Shown: in pieces, positions 1 through 9,325 of the stretch
Layout: every line of letters starts with the position of its first letter
Numbering within the stretch: the first letter of the stretch is position 1
NCBI GenBank assembly: GCA_902800025.1
Contig: CADCDA010000005.1
Location: 36,900-100,899, forward strand
Source: an uncultured Erysipelotrichaceae bacterium
Lineage (GTDB): Bacteria > Bacillota_I > Bacilli_A > RFN20 > CAG-826
Direction of reading: 5' to 3'
DNA: 64,000 bases
Position numbers and translations under genes: made by a program
Notes under the pieces: model-generated
Seen by the model: only the letters and a program-made list of their open reading frames with translations
What the model was told of the DNA's origin: nothing
Database searches by the model: none

Positions 1-494
1 ATTTTAAAGACGGCAAGGATAACTGGGGCGGGAAGATGAGAGAAAGGGTATGCGGAATGTATAAATACTTAACTCGTCAACCAACTTTAAAATTAAATGA
101 AGCTGCCAATAAGTTTGCAGTTATGGATATCAATAAAAGAGGTGGCAAATTTACAATCGATAAAGGAAAACATCTTGTTGCTTATACTGAATTGTATAAA
201 GAGTTTATTAACAAAGAAATAGAAATTATTAATCCAGATATAGTTGTCTTGGTTGGTGTCAACCTCTGTCGACTAAGGATTGTTCAAAAACTTGGATGTT
301 TAGAAGAAGACAATAAATGCTATTTTTTAATAAATAAAAAGAAGGTCCCTATTTTGCTTTCTTTACAAACCGCAAACGTACAATATCAAGCAAAAAGATA
401 TCCACCATTGAATGGGTGTGAAAACAAAGCGATTGGCATTTTGTGTTCATATTTAAAAAAAGAAATTGCAAAGTATAAGATCTACGAACAATAA
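1..494 (+). CDS. 5'-truncated hypothetical protein, possibly uracil-DNA glycosylase-like fold
   Basis: Frame is open from position 3 to the stop at 492-494. The segment KEIEIINPDIVVLVG resembles the strand motif of UDG-superfamily proteins. Confidence 0.5.
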   Translation, partial: FKDGKDNWGGKMRERVCGMYKYLTRQPTLKLNEAANKFAVMDINKRGGKFTIDKGKHLVAYTELYKEFINKEIEIINPDIVVLVGVNLCRLRIVQKLGCLEEDNKCYFLINKKKVPILLSLQTANVQYQAKRYPPLNGCENKAIGILCSYLKKEIAKYKIYEQ

Positions 495-616
495 GATTGT
501 CTGTTTGATAAATCATATTAATTGCGTTTATGATACAGGCAATCAAAGTTTGCTGCCCCGTTTTTACAAAAATATTTGAAAAGCCAATATAAGACGCAAA
601 AAACTAAAAATATATT

Positions 617-652
617 AAGAAACTAGTGTTAATACTAGTTTTCTTTTAGTTT
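617..652. terminator. Hairpin/intrinsic terminator
   Basis: AAGAAACTAGTG...TACTAGTTTTCTT inverted repeat followed by T-rich sequence, downstream of the first ORF. Confidence 0.5.
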
Positions 653-788
653 TAAGACAATTTTTAAGAGTAATTGAATTATTAATAGAAGTGGAACCAG
701 AAATAAAAACGTGGCAGCGAGTTGTCCTGACACGAAAAGGATAGAGGTAGCGGGTTTTCTTCGTAACCATTCGGATCCACCAAAACGA

Positions 789-927
789 TGAAAATCCCCC
801 GAAATTTTGTACCAGCGTAGTACAATTAAACGGGGGTTTTATTATGGTACATAATGCTCAATTTTGGTTGATGATTGTCCATGAATATTTGAATAATAAA
901 GCATCTATTCAGCAAGAACTGGCATAA
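789..927 (+). mobile_element. IS3/IS150-family left-end remnant with truncated OrfA
   Basis: Begins TG-AAAATCCCCCG...CGGGGGTTTT-ATT-ATG, a layout typical of IS150-like left ends. The ORF 844-927 (MVHNAQFWLMIVHEYLNNKASIQQELA) resembles the first helix of IS150 OrfA and then stops. Confidence 0.5.
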
Positions 928-1042
928 TTGCTGGGTTGACATTCCTGATTTGGAAGCTGAAAAAAATGAACCAAAACTATCCTTGTTTGAAGGTGGTAGA
1001 GGCACTAATTATTTAAATTACTGGAACGAAAAAAAGCAGTGT

Positions 1043-1166
1043 TGCAACAAAAATTTACATAATAGTTTCATATAGAGTAACAAAGTTAAGTAGTTAAAAA
1101 TCATGCGATGTAAACAAAAGTTGACATAAGTTTTTATTGACATGATGTATACAAAAGTTATAGATT
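1043..1166 (+). promoter_or_regulatory. glnA promoter with GlnR/TnrA-like boxes
   Basis: TTGACA (1137-1142) - 18 nt - TAGATT (1161-1166). Boxes TGCAA-N7-TTACA (1043-1059) and TGTAA-N8-TGACA (1109-1126) resemble TGTNA-N7-TNACA. Confidence 0.5.
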
Positions 1167-1194
1167 TTAAGCATGTTTTTTCGGAGGGAAAAAT

Positions 1195-2529
1195 ATGCGT
1201 AAGGAAGAAATTAAGAAAATAATTAAAGAAAACAATATTTCATACATTAGAATGCAGTTCACAGATATGCTCGGTGATATCAAAGCAGTTGAGATACCAG
1301 CGAGTCGAATTGATGATGCATTAGAAAACAAGATTATGTTTGATGGTTCTTCAATTGAAGGCTTTGTGCGTATTAAAGAAGCTGACATGTATTTGCATCC
1401 AGATTTAGATACTTTTTTAGTCCTTCCTTTTGAAGATAGCTCCATTGGTGGAGTTGCTAGATTTATTTGTGATGTCTATATGCCAGATGGCACTCCATTT
1501 ATTGGTGATCCACGTTATATTTTGAAAAAAGAAGTTAAGAAGATGAATGAGATGGGGATTGATAGTCTCTTTGTGGGCTTTGAGCCAGAATTCTATCTTT
1601 TTAAATTAAATAGCGATGGTAGTGTTTCTACGAATTGTAGCGATAGAGCGTCTTACTTTGATTTATCTCCATTCGATGGAGGAGAAGATGTAAGAAGAGA
1701 AATCGCTCTTATGTTAGAAAAAATGGGCTTTGAAGTCCAGGCCAGTCACCACGAAGTTGGCCCTGGTCAAAATGAAATTACTTTTAAATACACGGATGTT
1801 GTTTCCGCTTGTGATAGAGTGCAAACATTTAAACAAGTTGTGAAAATGATTGCGAGAAAGAACGGGTATCTTGCAAGTTTTATGCCAAAACCACTTAATA
1901 AACAAGCTGGTAATGGTATGCACACAAACTGCTCACTTTATAACAAAGATAAAGGCGATTTATTCTATGATCCAAAAGCAGCGATGGAATTATCAAGCAT
2001 GTGTAGAAAATGGATTACAGGAGTCTTAAATCACGCTCGTGAATTATCTTTGTTAACTAATCCGATAGTTAATTCTTATAAACGATTGGTCAGTGGTTAT
2101 GAAGCACCGATTTATGCTTGCTGGAGCGACGCTAATAGGAGTTCTTTAGTGAGAATTCCTGCTGCTAGAGGACTTGCGACTCGTACCGAATTTAGAAACG
2201 TTGATCCATGTGCTAACCCATATCTTGCTTTAGCGGGTATTTTAGCCTGTGGATTAGAAGGTATTAAAAACATTAAAGATAAAGACACTATCCCACCAGT
2301 TAAAGATAACTTATTTGACTTATCTTCTGATGAGATTAAAAATAGAAACATCACTTGTTTGCCAGAAACTCTTCATGAAGCAATTGAAGAATTTAAAACA
2401 AGTAAGATATTAAAAGAAGTTTTAGGAGAACATTTATTCCCTAAATATGTTGAAGCTAAAGAAAAGGAATGGAAAGAATACCATACCACTGTTAGTGAAT
2501 TTGAATTAAAGAAATATTTGGGTAGATAA
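1195..2529 (+). CDS. glnA: Glutamine synthetase type I
   Basis: 444 aa with motifs MFDGSSIEGF, HHEV, GQNEI, FMPKP, GNGMH, NSYKRLV, NRS and DPCANPYLA; SD GGAGG. Confidence 0.97.
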   Translation: MRKEEIKKIIKENNISYIRMQFTDMLGDIKAVEIPASRIDDALENKIMFDGSSIEGFVRIKEADMYLHPDLDTFLVLPFEDSSIGGVARFICDVYMPDGTPFIGDPRYILKKEVKKMNEMGIDSLFVGFEPEFYLFKLNSDGSVSTNCSDRASYFDLSPFDGGEDVRREIALMLEKMGFEVQASHHEVGPGQNEITFKYTDVVSACDRVQTFKQVVKMIARKNGYLASFMPKPLNKQAGNGMHTNCSLYNKDKGDLFYDPKAAMELSSMCRKWITGVLNHARELSLLTNPIVNSYKRLVSGYEAPIYACWSDANRSSLVRIPAARGLATRTEFRNVDPCANPYLALAGILACGLEGIKNIKDKDTIPPVKDNLFDLSSDEIKNRNITCLPETLHEAIEEFKTSKILKEVLGEHLFPKYVEAKEKEWKEYHTTVSEFELKKYLGR

Positions 2530-2532
2530 AAT

Positions 2533-4311
2533 ATGTGTGGAATAGTTGGTTCGGTTGGATTAAAAAATCCAAAAGAATATGTTACTAAAGGTTTAAAGAT
2601 GCTTGATTACCGTGGGTATGATTCAGCGGGAATCGCATTCTTTAATAGTGGCATTAAGATCTATAAAGATGTCGGTAGTGTGGAACAATTAATGACAATT
2701 GTTCCTAAAACCATTACCACCAATATCATGATTGGTCACACTAGATGGGCCACTCATGGAGCACCTACTAAGCTCAATACCCATCCTCATATCTCATTCA
2801 ATCAACGCATTTGCTTAGTGCATAATGGAGTGATTGATAACTATAAAGAACTAAAGGATTTTCTTTTAAAGAATAACTATAGTTTTTATGGTGAAACCGA
2901 TTCTGAAGTAGTAGCGAACTTATTGGAATACTATTATTTAGAGAACAACGATATCATTGAGACTATTAAAAAAGTTAAATCATTAATTAAAGGTAGTTAT
3001 GCGATTACTTTCTTCACTGATGACGCCCAAGATACTCTCTATATTCTAAAGAAAGCCTCTCCTTTAGTGATTGGTAAAGGCAGTGACTTTAATCTAGTCG
3101 CGTCTGATGCTTCTCCAATGATTGATTACACGAACGAATTCATAGAACTAGAAGATAATGAATTTGGTTATATCAATAGTAAAGAAGTCGTTATCTTTAA
3201 CGAACAAGGTGATATTACTAGTAAAGAAATCATTCATAAAGATATTGAACTAATATCTCATGATTTGAAAGGATATCCTCATTACATGTTAAAAGAGATT
3301 GAGGAAATCCCACAGACCATTAGTAGATTAATCAATACATATTTCCAAGATGATAAATTTCAATTTGATGAGCAGTTAATCAGAGATTTGAAAGAATCTG
3401 ATCATATCCTTTTTATTGGATGTGGTACTTCTTATCACGCAGGACTTGTGGGTGGTCGTTATTTTGAAAAACACAACAAATCGACGAGTAGATTTATCGC
3501 TTCTGAGTGGGCGTTCCACCCAACTTATCCAGGAGCAAAACCATTTATCATCATGATTTCTCAATCGGGAGAAACCGCTGATTTAATTCACTGCTTGAAA
3601 ATTATAAAGGAACACAATTTAAAGAATTTAATCATTACCAACACTGGTGGTTCTACTTTAGATAGAAACTGTGATTATTCTTTACTCCTCCATAGTGGTG
3701 TTGAAGTTTCTGTTGCCTCCACAAAAGCGTATGTCGCTCAAGTTACTTTACTAGCGATGCTTTCTGCTGCGTTAGATAACGATAAATCAGTAGTTAGTGA
3801 TTTAAGACAGGCTATTAACGTTGTTAACGATATTCAAGATAACTACAAACCAATGATTATGAAAGTTGCTAAAGAGCTGATGAATAAAAAGAATATCTTC
3901 TATCTTGGACGAAGCTTTGACTATTTCTTATCTTTAGAGGCCTCTTTAAAGCTCAAGGAGATTAGTTATATTCATTCTGAAGCAATTCCTGGGGGTGAGT
4001 TAAAACACGGCCCAATCGCCTTAATTGAAAAAGATTTACCAGTTATCGTTTTCATTACTGATCCAGATACCGCTGCTCCAATGAGAGGCAACATCGAAGA
4101 AGTGAAGACTAGAGGGGCGAAAGTCTATGTCGTTTCTACGAAAGAGTTAAGCACCCCTGAAGATACGATTGTCGTTAAAGACTATGCTTATTATTTATCT
4201 AGTGTCGCTATTTCGTGTATCGCTTTCTATTTAGCGTATTATGTTTCCTTAGCGAAAGGACTAAATGTCGATAAACCAAGAAACCTCGCGAAGAGCGTGA
4301 CGGTTGAATAA
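2533..4311 (+). CDS. glmS: Glutamine-fructose-6-phosphate aminotransferase
   Basis: MCGIVG N-terminus, YRGYDSAG, GHTRWATHG, SQSGET, LKHGP, C-terminal DKPRNLAKSVTVE. Confidence 0.98.
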   Translation: MCGIVGSVGLKNPKEYVTKGLKMLDYRGYDSAGIAFFNSGIKIYKDVGSVEQLMTIVPKTITTNIMIGHTRWATHGAPTKLNTHPHISFNQRICLVHNGVIDNYKELKDFLLKNNYSFYGETDSEVVANLLEYYYLENNDIIETIKKVKSLIKGSYAITFFTDDAQDTLYILKKASPLVIGKGSDFNLVASDASPMIDYTNEFIELEDNEFGYINSKEVVIFNEQGDITSKEIIHKDIELISHDLKGYPHYMLKEIEEIPQTISRLINTYFQDDKFQFDEQLIRDLKESDHILFIGCGTSYHAGLVGGRYFEKHNKSTSRFIASEWAFHPTYPGAKPFIIMISQSGETADLIHCLKIIKEHNLKNLIITNTGGSTLDRNCDYSLLLHSGVEVSVASTKAYVAQVTLLAMLSAALDNDKSVVSDLRQAINVVNDIQDNYKPMIMKVAKELMNKKNIFYLGRSFDYFLSLEASLKLKEISYIHSEAIPGGELKHGPIALIEKDLPVIVFITDPDTAAPMRGNIEEVKTRGAKVYVVSTKELSTPEDTIVVKDYAYYLSSVAISCIAFYLAYYVSLAKGLNVDKPRNLAKSVTVE

Positions 4312-4316
4312 CATAA

Positions 4317-4340
4317 AAAAGTACTGATTTCAGTGCTTTT
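4317..4340 (+). terminator. Intrinsic terminator after glmS
   Basis: AAAAGTACTG-loop-CAGTGCTTTT. Confidence 0.65.
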
Positions 4341-4408
4341 AATTTATCTGTGGCACTTTTGTGACAATTCCTGTTGTAACTTATTAAATGTAGAGGAAAA
4401 GTTTTTAT

Positions 4409-4702
4409 ATGAGAGAAGATTTATTAAAAGGTTTAACTAAAGAACAAATCGCTAGAGTTAAAGCTTGTAAAACTCAGGAGGAACTTTTAAAACTCGCCAA
4501 AGAAGAAGGCGTTCAATTAAATGATGAGCAATTAGAAGCCGTTAATGGTGGTGGATGTAACTCTGCTACCAAGCCTACTCATTGTCCAAGATGCAATTCC
4601 ACAAATATTCGCTACGAAAGCTGTAAACATGAAATGTCTTTTTCCGATTATTATTATAAATGCAAATGCAAAGACTGCTATTATAAATGGGAAGTTGAAT
4701 AA
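4409..4702 (+). CDS. Nif11-like leader peptide protein with Cys-rich (Zn-ribbon-like) core
   Basis: Leader ...EELLKLAKEEGVQLNDEQLEAVNGG ends in a double glycine; the core contains CPRC and CKCKDC. Confidence 0.75.
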   Translation: MREDLLKGLTKEQIARVKACKTQEELLKLAKEEGVQLNDEQLEAVNGGGCNSATKPTHCPRCNSTNIRYESCKHEMSFSDYYYKCKCKDCYYKWEVE

Positions 4703-4792
4703 CAATCAAATAATAAGTATAATAGCGACTTTGCTAAAGCAATTTGACAGTATTATGAATAATAGTTTACAATAAAAAACTGAGCACTTTTT

Positions 4793-6295
4793 ATGAGAAT
4801 ATTCATGTCGATTGTTTTTATGTTATTAGTTGCCGCACTTTTATTGTGCGCTTTTATTTCGTTTAGATCGCGTAAGCCAATCGGAAAAACAGTCGCTTTA
4901 TTACTCATCGCTTTAATCCCTCCTGTTTTAGGAAATTTATTTATTGTTGCTTCTCCAAATAAAACACTTTCTTTAATCGGAAGTTATACCTACTACATTG
5001 GTATGGACTTTGTTATTTACGCTTTGCTTAAATACACATTCAAATATTGCGATATCAAGTTTGGAAAGAAATTATTATTTATTCCAATCATTCTTTATGC
5101 GCTTTTATTCGCTGACGGATTACAATTAATCCTCAACTTACAATTTGGTCATGCTTTTGATATTGAACTCGTCGAAGCGTATGGATCAACATACTATAGC
5201 CTTATAGCGTTTACTGGACAAACAATACACCGTATTGTGGACTACACTATTTTGGGTGGAGTTATCGCTATCTTTGTTTTTAAAACATTTACTTCTTCAA
5301 AAGTTAATTCTGAAAGATATTGGATTATTCTTCTCGTGATGATTATTGTCACTATTTGGGAATCATTCTATATCTTCTCAAGAACACCAGTGGATAGGTC
5401 GATGATTGGATTTGGTGTATTTGGACTACTCGTGTTCTTCTTCTCGATTTATTATCGTCCACTTCGACTATTAGATAGAATGCTTGCGACAATTGCCTCT
5501 AAAATGCCAGAAGCGTTATTCTTTTATGACACGAATGGAAGATGCATTTGGATTAATAACCAAGCAAGAAACCTCGTAAATATTGATGGAAACGACCTTG
5601 ACTCTGTTAATGAAATACTTTCTGAAAAGTTTGGAAAATATGAAAAAGAAGGAAATGAATGGACAACCACATTCATGAGTGGAACTGACGCAGAAGTTGA
5701 GAGTTACTATGTTATTGAAAAGCACGCTGTTACTGATAATAGAGGTCGTGTGGTTGGTTCGTTTTTAAGTGTTAGAGATGGAACAGTTGAACAACAAACC
5801 ATTCAAAGAGAGACATATAATGCGACTCATGATAGTTTAACTAAAGTCTACAATAGAGCGGGATATAACATGCTTTTATCTTCAAGTGATTTAAAAGATG
5901 TGTTCTTCTTAATGATTGACGCTGATTCATTTAAGGAAATCAATGATACATATGGACACGAAATTGGTGATAAAGTTCTTATTAACATAGTTAAGACGGT
6001 TCAAAAGCATTTTAGAGAAGATGACCATATGTGCCGTATCGGTGGGGATGAATTTGTTATCTTTATTCAAAATCCTGATGAAGACACTGCAAAACATATT
6101 AAACAAAGAATTGATAAGATTAATGAAGAATTATCACATCCAAAAGGTGGCCTTCCAACAATTACTATTTCCGCGGGTGGAGCCTATGGAAGACATTCAA
6201 AAGATGAATTCGACTTATTTGAAGCTGCTGATAGTGCGCTTTATGAAACGAAGCGAAATGGTAAAAAAGGCTTCACGTTATCGAAAGATTATTAA
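4793..6295 (+). CDS. Membrane diguanylate cyclase (7TM sensor, PAS-like, GGDEF)
   Basis: About 7 N-terminal TM segments, HDSLTKVYNR, FKEINDTYGH, I-site REDD five residues before GGDEF. Confidence 0.92.
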   Translation: MRIFMSIVFMLLVAALLLCAFISFRSRKPIGKTVALLLIALIPPVLGNLFIVASPNKTLSLIGSYTYYIGMDFVIYALLKYTFKYCDIKFGKKLLFIPIILYALLFADGLQLILNLQFGHAFDIELVEAYGSTYYSLIAFTGQTIHRIVDYTILGGVIAIFVFKTFTSSKVNSERYWIILLVMIIVTIWESFYIFSRTPVDRSMIGFGVFGLLVFFFSIYYRPLRLLDRMLATIASKMPEALFFYDTNGRCIWINNQARNLVNIDGNDLDSVNEILSEKFGKYEKEGNEWTTTFMSGTDAEVESYYVIEKHAVTDNRGRVVGSFLSVRDGTVEQQTIQRETYNATHDSLTKVYNRAGYNMLLSSSDLKDVFFLMIDADSFKEINDTYGHEIGDKVLINIVKTVQKHFREDDHMCRIGGDEFVIFIQNPDEDTAKHIKQRIDKINEELSHPKGGLPTITISAGGAYGRHSKDEFDLFEAADSALYETKRNGKKGFTLSKDY

Positions 6296-6320
6296 GGGGT
6301 TAATTGAGCCCCTTTTATTT
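6294..6320 (+). terminator. Intrinsic terminator
   Basis: AAGGGGTT-AATTG-AGCCCCTT followed by TTATTT. Confidence 0.7.
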
Positions 6321-6345
6321 TGAAATCTAATGCTATAAGTATTAT

Positions 6346-6374
6346 TTGATAAATAATATTTTTTTGATTACAAT
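6346..6374 (+). promoter_or_regulatory. Sigma-A promoter of the rnf operon (likely leaderless mRNA)
   Basis: TTGATA-17 nt-TACAAT, with ATG 6 nt after the -10 box and no SD. Confidence 0.7.
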
Positions 6375-6380
6375 TATTAC

Positions 6381-7682
6381 ATGATTGAAAAGACTATTCA
6401 GATTAAAGACACTAAAAAATTAGTGGGATCTTTACCTGCGATTAGATATACAGAACCAGAGTATCTCTATATTGCTACCGCTAATGCTAGATGTCCAAAA
6501 GCTGATTTATATATTAAACCAGGTGACCATGTTAATTCTTGTCAAGTTATTGGTATGCGTCATGGTCCTTTCTTTGAACAACCTATACATGCGACTTGTT
6601 CAGGCACTTTTGTTGGCTTAGAAAAACATTACCATAGAAATGGTAAATTGACAGACTTTATTAAATTAGAAAACGATCATAAAGACACTTTAGATCCATC
6701 GGTTATCATTCGTACTCCAGAAGAGATTAAAGCTTTAACCAAAGAGCAAATGACTGAGATTATTAAAGACGCTGCAAATGTTGGACTAGGTGGATCTTCA
6801 TTCCCAACTTATATCAAATTCCAAACCGACAAAAAAATTGATTTGATTTTAATTAATGGAATTGAATGCGAACCATATATTACCGCTGACCATAGATTAA
6901 TGCTTGAATTCCCATACCGTATCATGGATGGAATCACTTATGTCATGCAAGCATTTGACTGCCATCACGCTAAGATTTGTATCAAATCAAAATATAAAGA
7001 TATCGAAGAAGTTTATCGACAAGTTATTAAAGAATACGAAGGTTCTGGTATTGAATTATGCTTAGTTGGTAACTATTACCCCCAAGGCTGGGAAGTTGAA
7101 ATGATTAAAAGCGCAACTGGGATTCAATTAAAACCAGGTGAACTTCCAACTAATAGAGGAATTCTTAACTTTAACGTCTCCACAATGGTGGGTATTTATA
7201 AGGCGATTAAATACAATATGCCTGTTATCAAAAGATTCGTTACCATTACTGGCGATGGAATTAAATTCCCAAAGAACTTCCGTGTTAGAGTTGGAACATC
7301 AATTCATGATTTAATCCCAATGTGTGGTGGATATAAAAACCCCGATAAAGAAAAAGTCTTTATTCTCGGTGGACCAATGATGGGAGCTTCAGTTCCAAGT
7401 GATGACTGTATTATTACTAAAACAGTGACTTCAATCATTATCTTAGATAAGAGTGAGGCAAAAGAGGAACCATGTGTCAGATGTGGCTGCTGTGTTTTAA
7501 GCTGTCCAGCACACCTTGAGCCTGTTCAAATTATGAATGCGGTTAAAGTTTTAGATAAAGAAAGAATTAAAAAACTCAATCCTTTGAAATGTATCGAATG
7601 CGGTCTTTGTACTTATACTTGTACATCAAAGATTCAAGTTACCGACTATATTAGAAAGGCAAAAATGATTGCGAAATTATGA
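6381..7682 (+). CDS. rnfC: Rnf complex subunit C
   Basis: GLGGSSFPT, NGIECEPYITADHRLM, YPQG, GGPMMG, two 4Fe-4S motifs (CVRCGCCVLSCP, CIECGLCTYTC). Confidence 0.95.
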   Translation: MIEKTIQIKDTKKLVGSLPAIRYTEPEYLYIATANARCPKADLYIKPGDHVNSCQVIGMRHGPFFEQPIHATCSGTFVGLEKHYHRNGKLTDFIKLENDHKDTLDPSVIIRTPEEIKALTKEQMTEIIKDAANVGLGGSSFPTYIKFQTDKKIDLILINGIECEPYITADHRLMLEFPYRIMDGITYVMQAFDCHHAKICIKSKYKDIEEVYRQVIKEYEGSGIELCLVGNYYPQGWEVEMIKSATGIQLKPGELPTNRGILNFNVSTMVGIYKAIKYNMPVIKRFVTITGDGIKFPKNFRVRVGTSIHDLIPMCGGYKNPDKEKVFILGGPMMGASVPSDDCIITKTVTSIIILDKSEAKEEPCVRCGCCVLSCPAHLEPVQIMNAVKVLDKERIKKLNPLKCIECGLCTYTCTSKIQVTDYIRKAKMIAKL

Positions 7683-8815
7683 ATATAATTAAGGAAAGCG
7701 CACCTCATCTTAGAAGAAAAGCTACCGTCGCTAGAATGATGGGAGATGTTTTAATCGCGCTTGCACCAACACTTATATTCTCCTTTGTTGTTTATCCCGC
7801 TAATACAGCGATTACTTTAGTAATCTCTTTAGCGGTGATGCTTATTTCCGAGTTCGTTTATGTCGGATTAAGAAATATGATGCCTAAAGATGGATTAAAG
7901 CATTCGTTTAAAGAAAGATTTGAATATTCCTATAAAGGAAAATATACGATTAACAATATCTTATCTCCAGCTATTACCGCAGTTATCTTTACTCTTATTA
8001 TGCCTGCAGGTGCTCCAATATACGCTATTATTCTAGGAGCGTTAGTTGGAATCGTTTTAGGAAAACTCGTTTTTGGTGGATTAGGAAGCAACATCTTTAA
8101 CCCTGCCGCAGTTGGTATGGTGTTTGCTAAACTCTGTTTTGGTTCACAATACGTTAAATATGTTCCAACTTGGTATTATTCAGTTCCTGATGTTTCTGTT
8201 GGCCCAACAGCGTTAAGTGGTGTAGCCGAATCGAGCTTAGATAATATCGTTAATAACATGAGTTACTATAACCCATTCGATTTGTTCTTTGGACGTATTC
8301 CAGGAACACTTGGTGAAGTATACAAAATCACCATTTTAGTGGGTCTCTTATATCTTTTAATTAGAAAAAGCGCTGACGTGAGAATCGTTTCTTCATATTT
8401 AGTAACCTTTATTATTCTCTCACTAGTTGCTGGCTTATCTATTTATGGATTGAATCAAAAAGTTAATCCTCTTAGTTTTACTCTTTATAACTTATTAAGT
8501 GGTGGTGTTTTATTCGGTGCAGCCTTTATGCTTACCGATCCAGTTACTAGTCCAATTAATTCTCCTTCAAGGGTGATGTATGGAATTATTGCCGCCGTAT
8601 TTACTATATTTATTAGATTCTTTGCTGCTTTCCCAGAAGGTGTGGCTTTTGCAATCTTACTCGCTAATATGATTGCCGTTGTTTTAGATCACTATGAATG
8701 GAGCAGCTCTCAGTATACTTGGAAAAAATATTTAGCTATTGTGTTATTAATTGCAATTCCAGCTTTAGTAACTTTCTTAGCTATTTATTTTGGAGGTGCA
8801 TATCATGTCGGATAA
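7679..8815 (+). CDS. rnfD: Rnf complex subunit D
   Basis: SAPHLR, FGGLGSNIFNPA, GTLGE, FMLTDPVTSP, PEGVAFAILLAN. Confidence 0.93.
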   Translation: MNIIKESAPHLRRKATVARMMGDVLIALAPTLIFSFVVYPANTAITLVISLAVMLISEFVYVGLRNMMPKDGLKHSFKERFEYSYKGKYTINNILSPAITAVIFTLIMPAGAPIYAIILGALVGIVLGKLVFGGLGSNIFNPAAVGMVFAKLCFGSQYVKYVPTWYYSVPDVSVGPTALSGVAESSLDNIVNNMSYYNPFDLFFGRIPGTLGEVYKITILVGLLYLLIRKSADVRIVSSYLVTFIILSLVAGLSIYGLNQKVNPLSFTLYNLLSGGVLFGAAFMLTDPVTSPINSPSRVMYGIIAAVFTIFIRFFAAFPEGVAFAILLANMIAVVLDHYEWSSSQYTWKKYLAIVLLIAIPALVTFLAIYFGGAYHVG

Positions 8816-9323
8816 GAAGAAATATGTGATCACCTCTATCACCTTAGGGTTTATTGCCGCTAGTAGTGCAGCTTTAATCGCAGTTACTAATTTAGTAACT
8901 AGAGATAAAATACGCGAAAGTGAACAGCAAAGAATTGTTAAAGGTATTCAATCAATTTTCACTGAGTGTGAATCATTTAAAGAAAATGAACTCGTTAATA
9001 GTTATAAATATGTTATGACTGCTTATCGAGTAGTTGATAAGAATGACGCTGAACTTGGTTATGCTTTCCAAACAATAGGTTCAAATCAATATGGCAAGAT
9101 TTCTTTAATTGTCGGATATGAAAATGCAATATCAACTGCTTCCTTTAAAGGAGTATATGTAGTCGTTGATGAACAAACTTATGCTTCTACATTAGAAGAT
9201 AATTACATTAGTCAACTTCCTGATATTTTAGAGGATGTTAATTGTGGTGCGACTTATGGCGCAAAACTCGTTAGAGAAATGATAAAAGAAGCTGGCAAAG
9301 CCGCTGAGGATATTTGGAATTAG
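8805..9323 (+). CDS. rnfG: Rnf complex subunit G (divergent FMN-binding protein)
   Basis: Lies between rnfD and rnfE, has an N-terminal TM and a C-terminal DVNCGAT flavinylation-like motif; SD GGAGG before ATG 8805. Confidence 0.8.
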   Translation: MSDKKKYVITSITLGFIAASSAALIAVTNLVTRDKIRESEQQRIVKGIQSIFTECESFKENELVNSYKYVMTAYRVVDKNDAELGYAFQTIGSNQYGKISLIVGYENAISTASFKGVYVVVDEQTYASTLEDNYISQLPDILEDVNCGATYGAKLVREMIKEAGKAAEDIWN

Positions 9324-9325
9324 TT

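Noticed and set aside
700-790. glmS ribozyme, c-di-GMP-I riboswitch or 5S rRNA in the GC-rich patch upstream of glnA
   Set aside because: No AGCGCC...GACGAGG core. GACGCAAA (593) and TGGCAGCGAGTTG (712) are too far apart and lack the first GEMM hairpin. No 5S CCGAAC motif.
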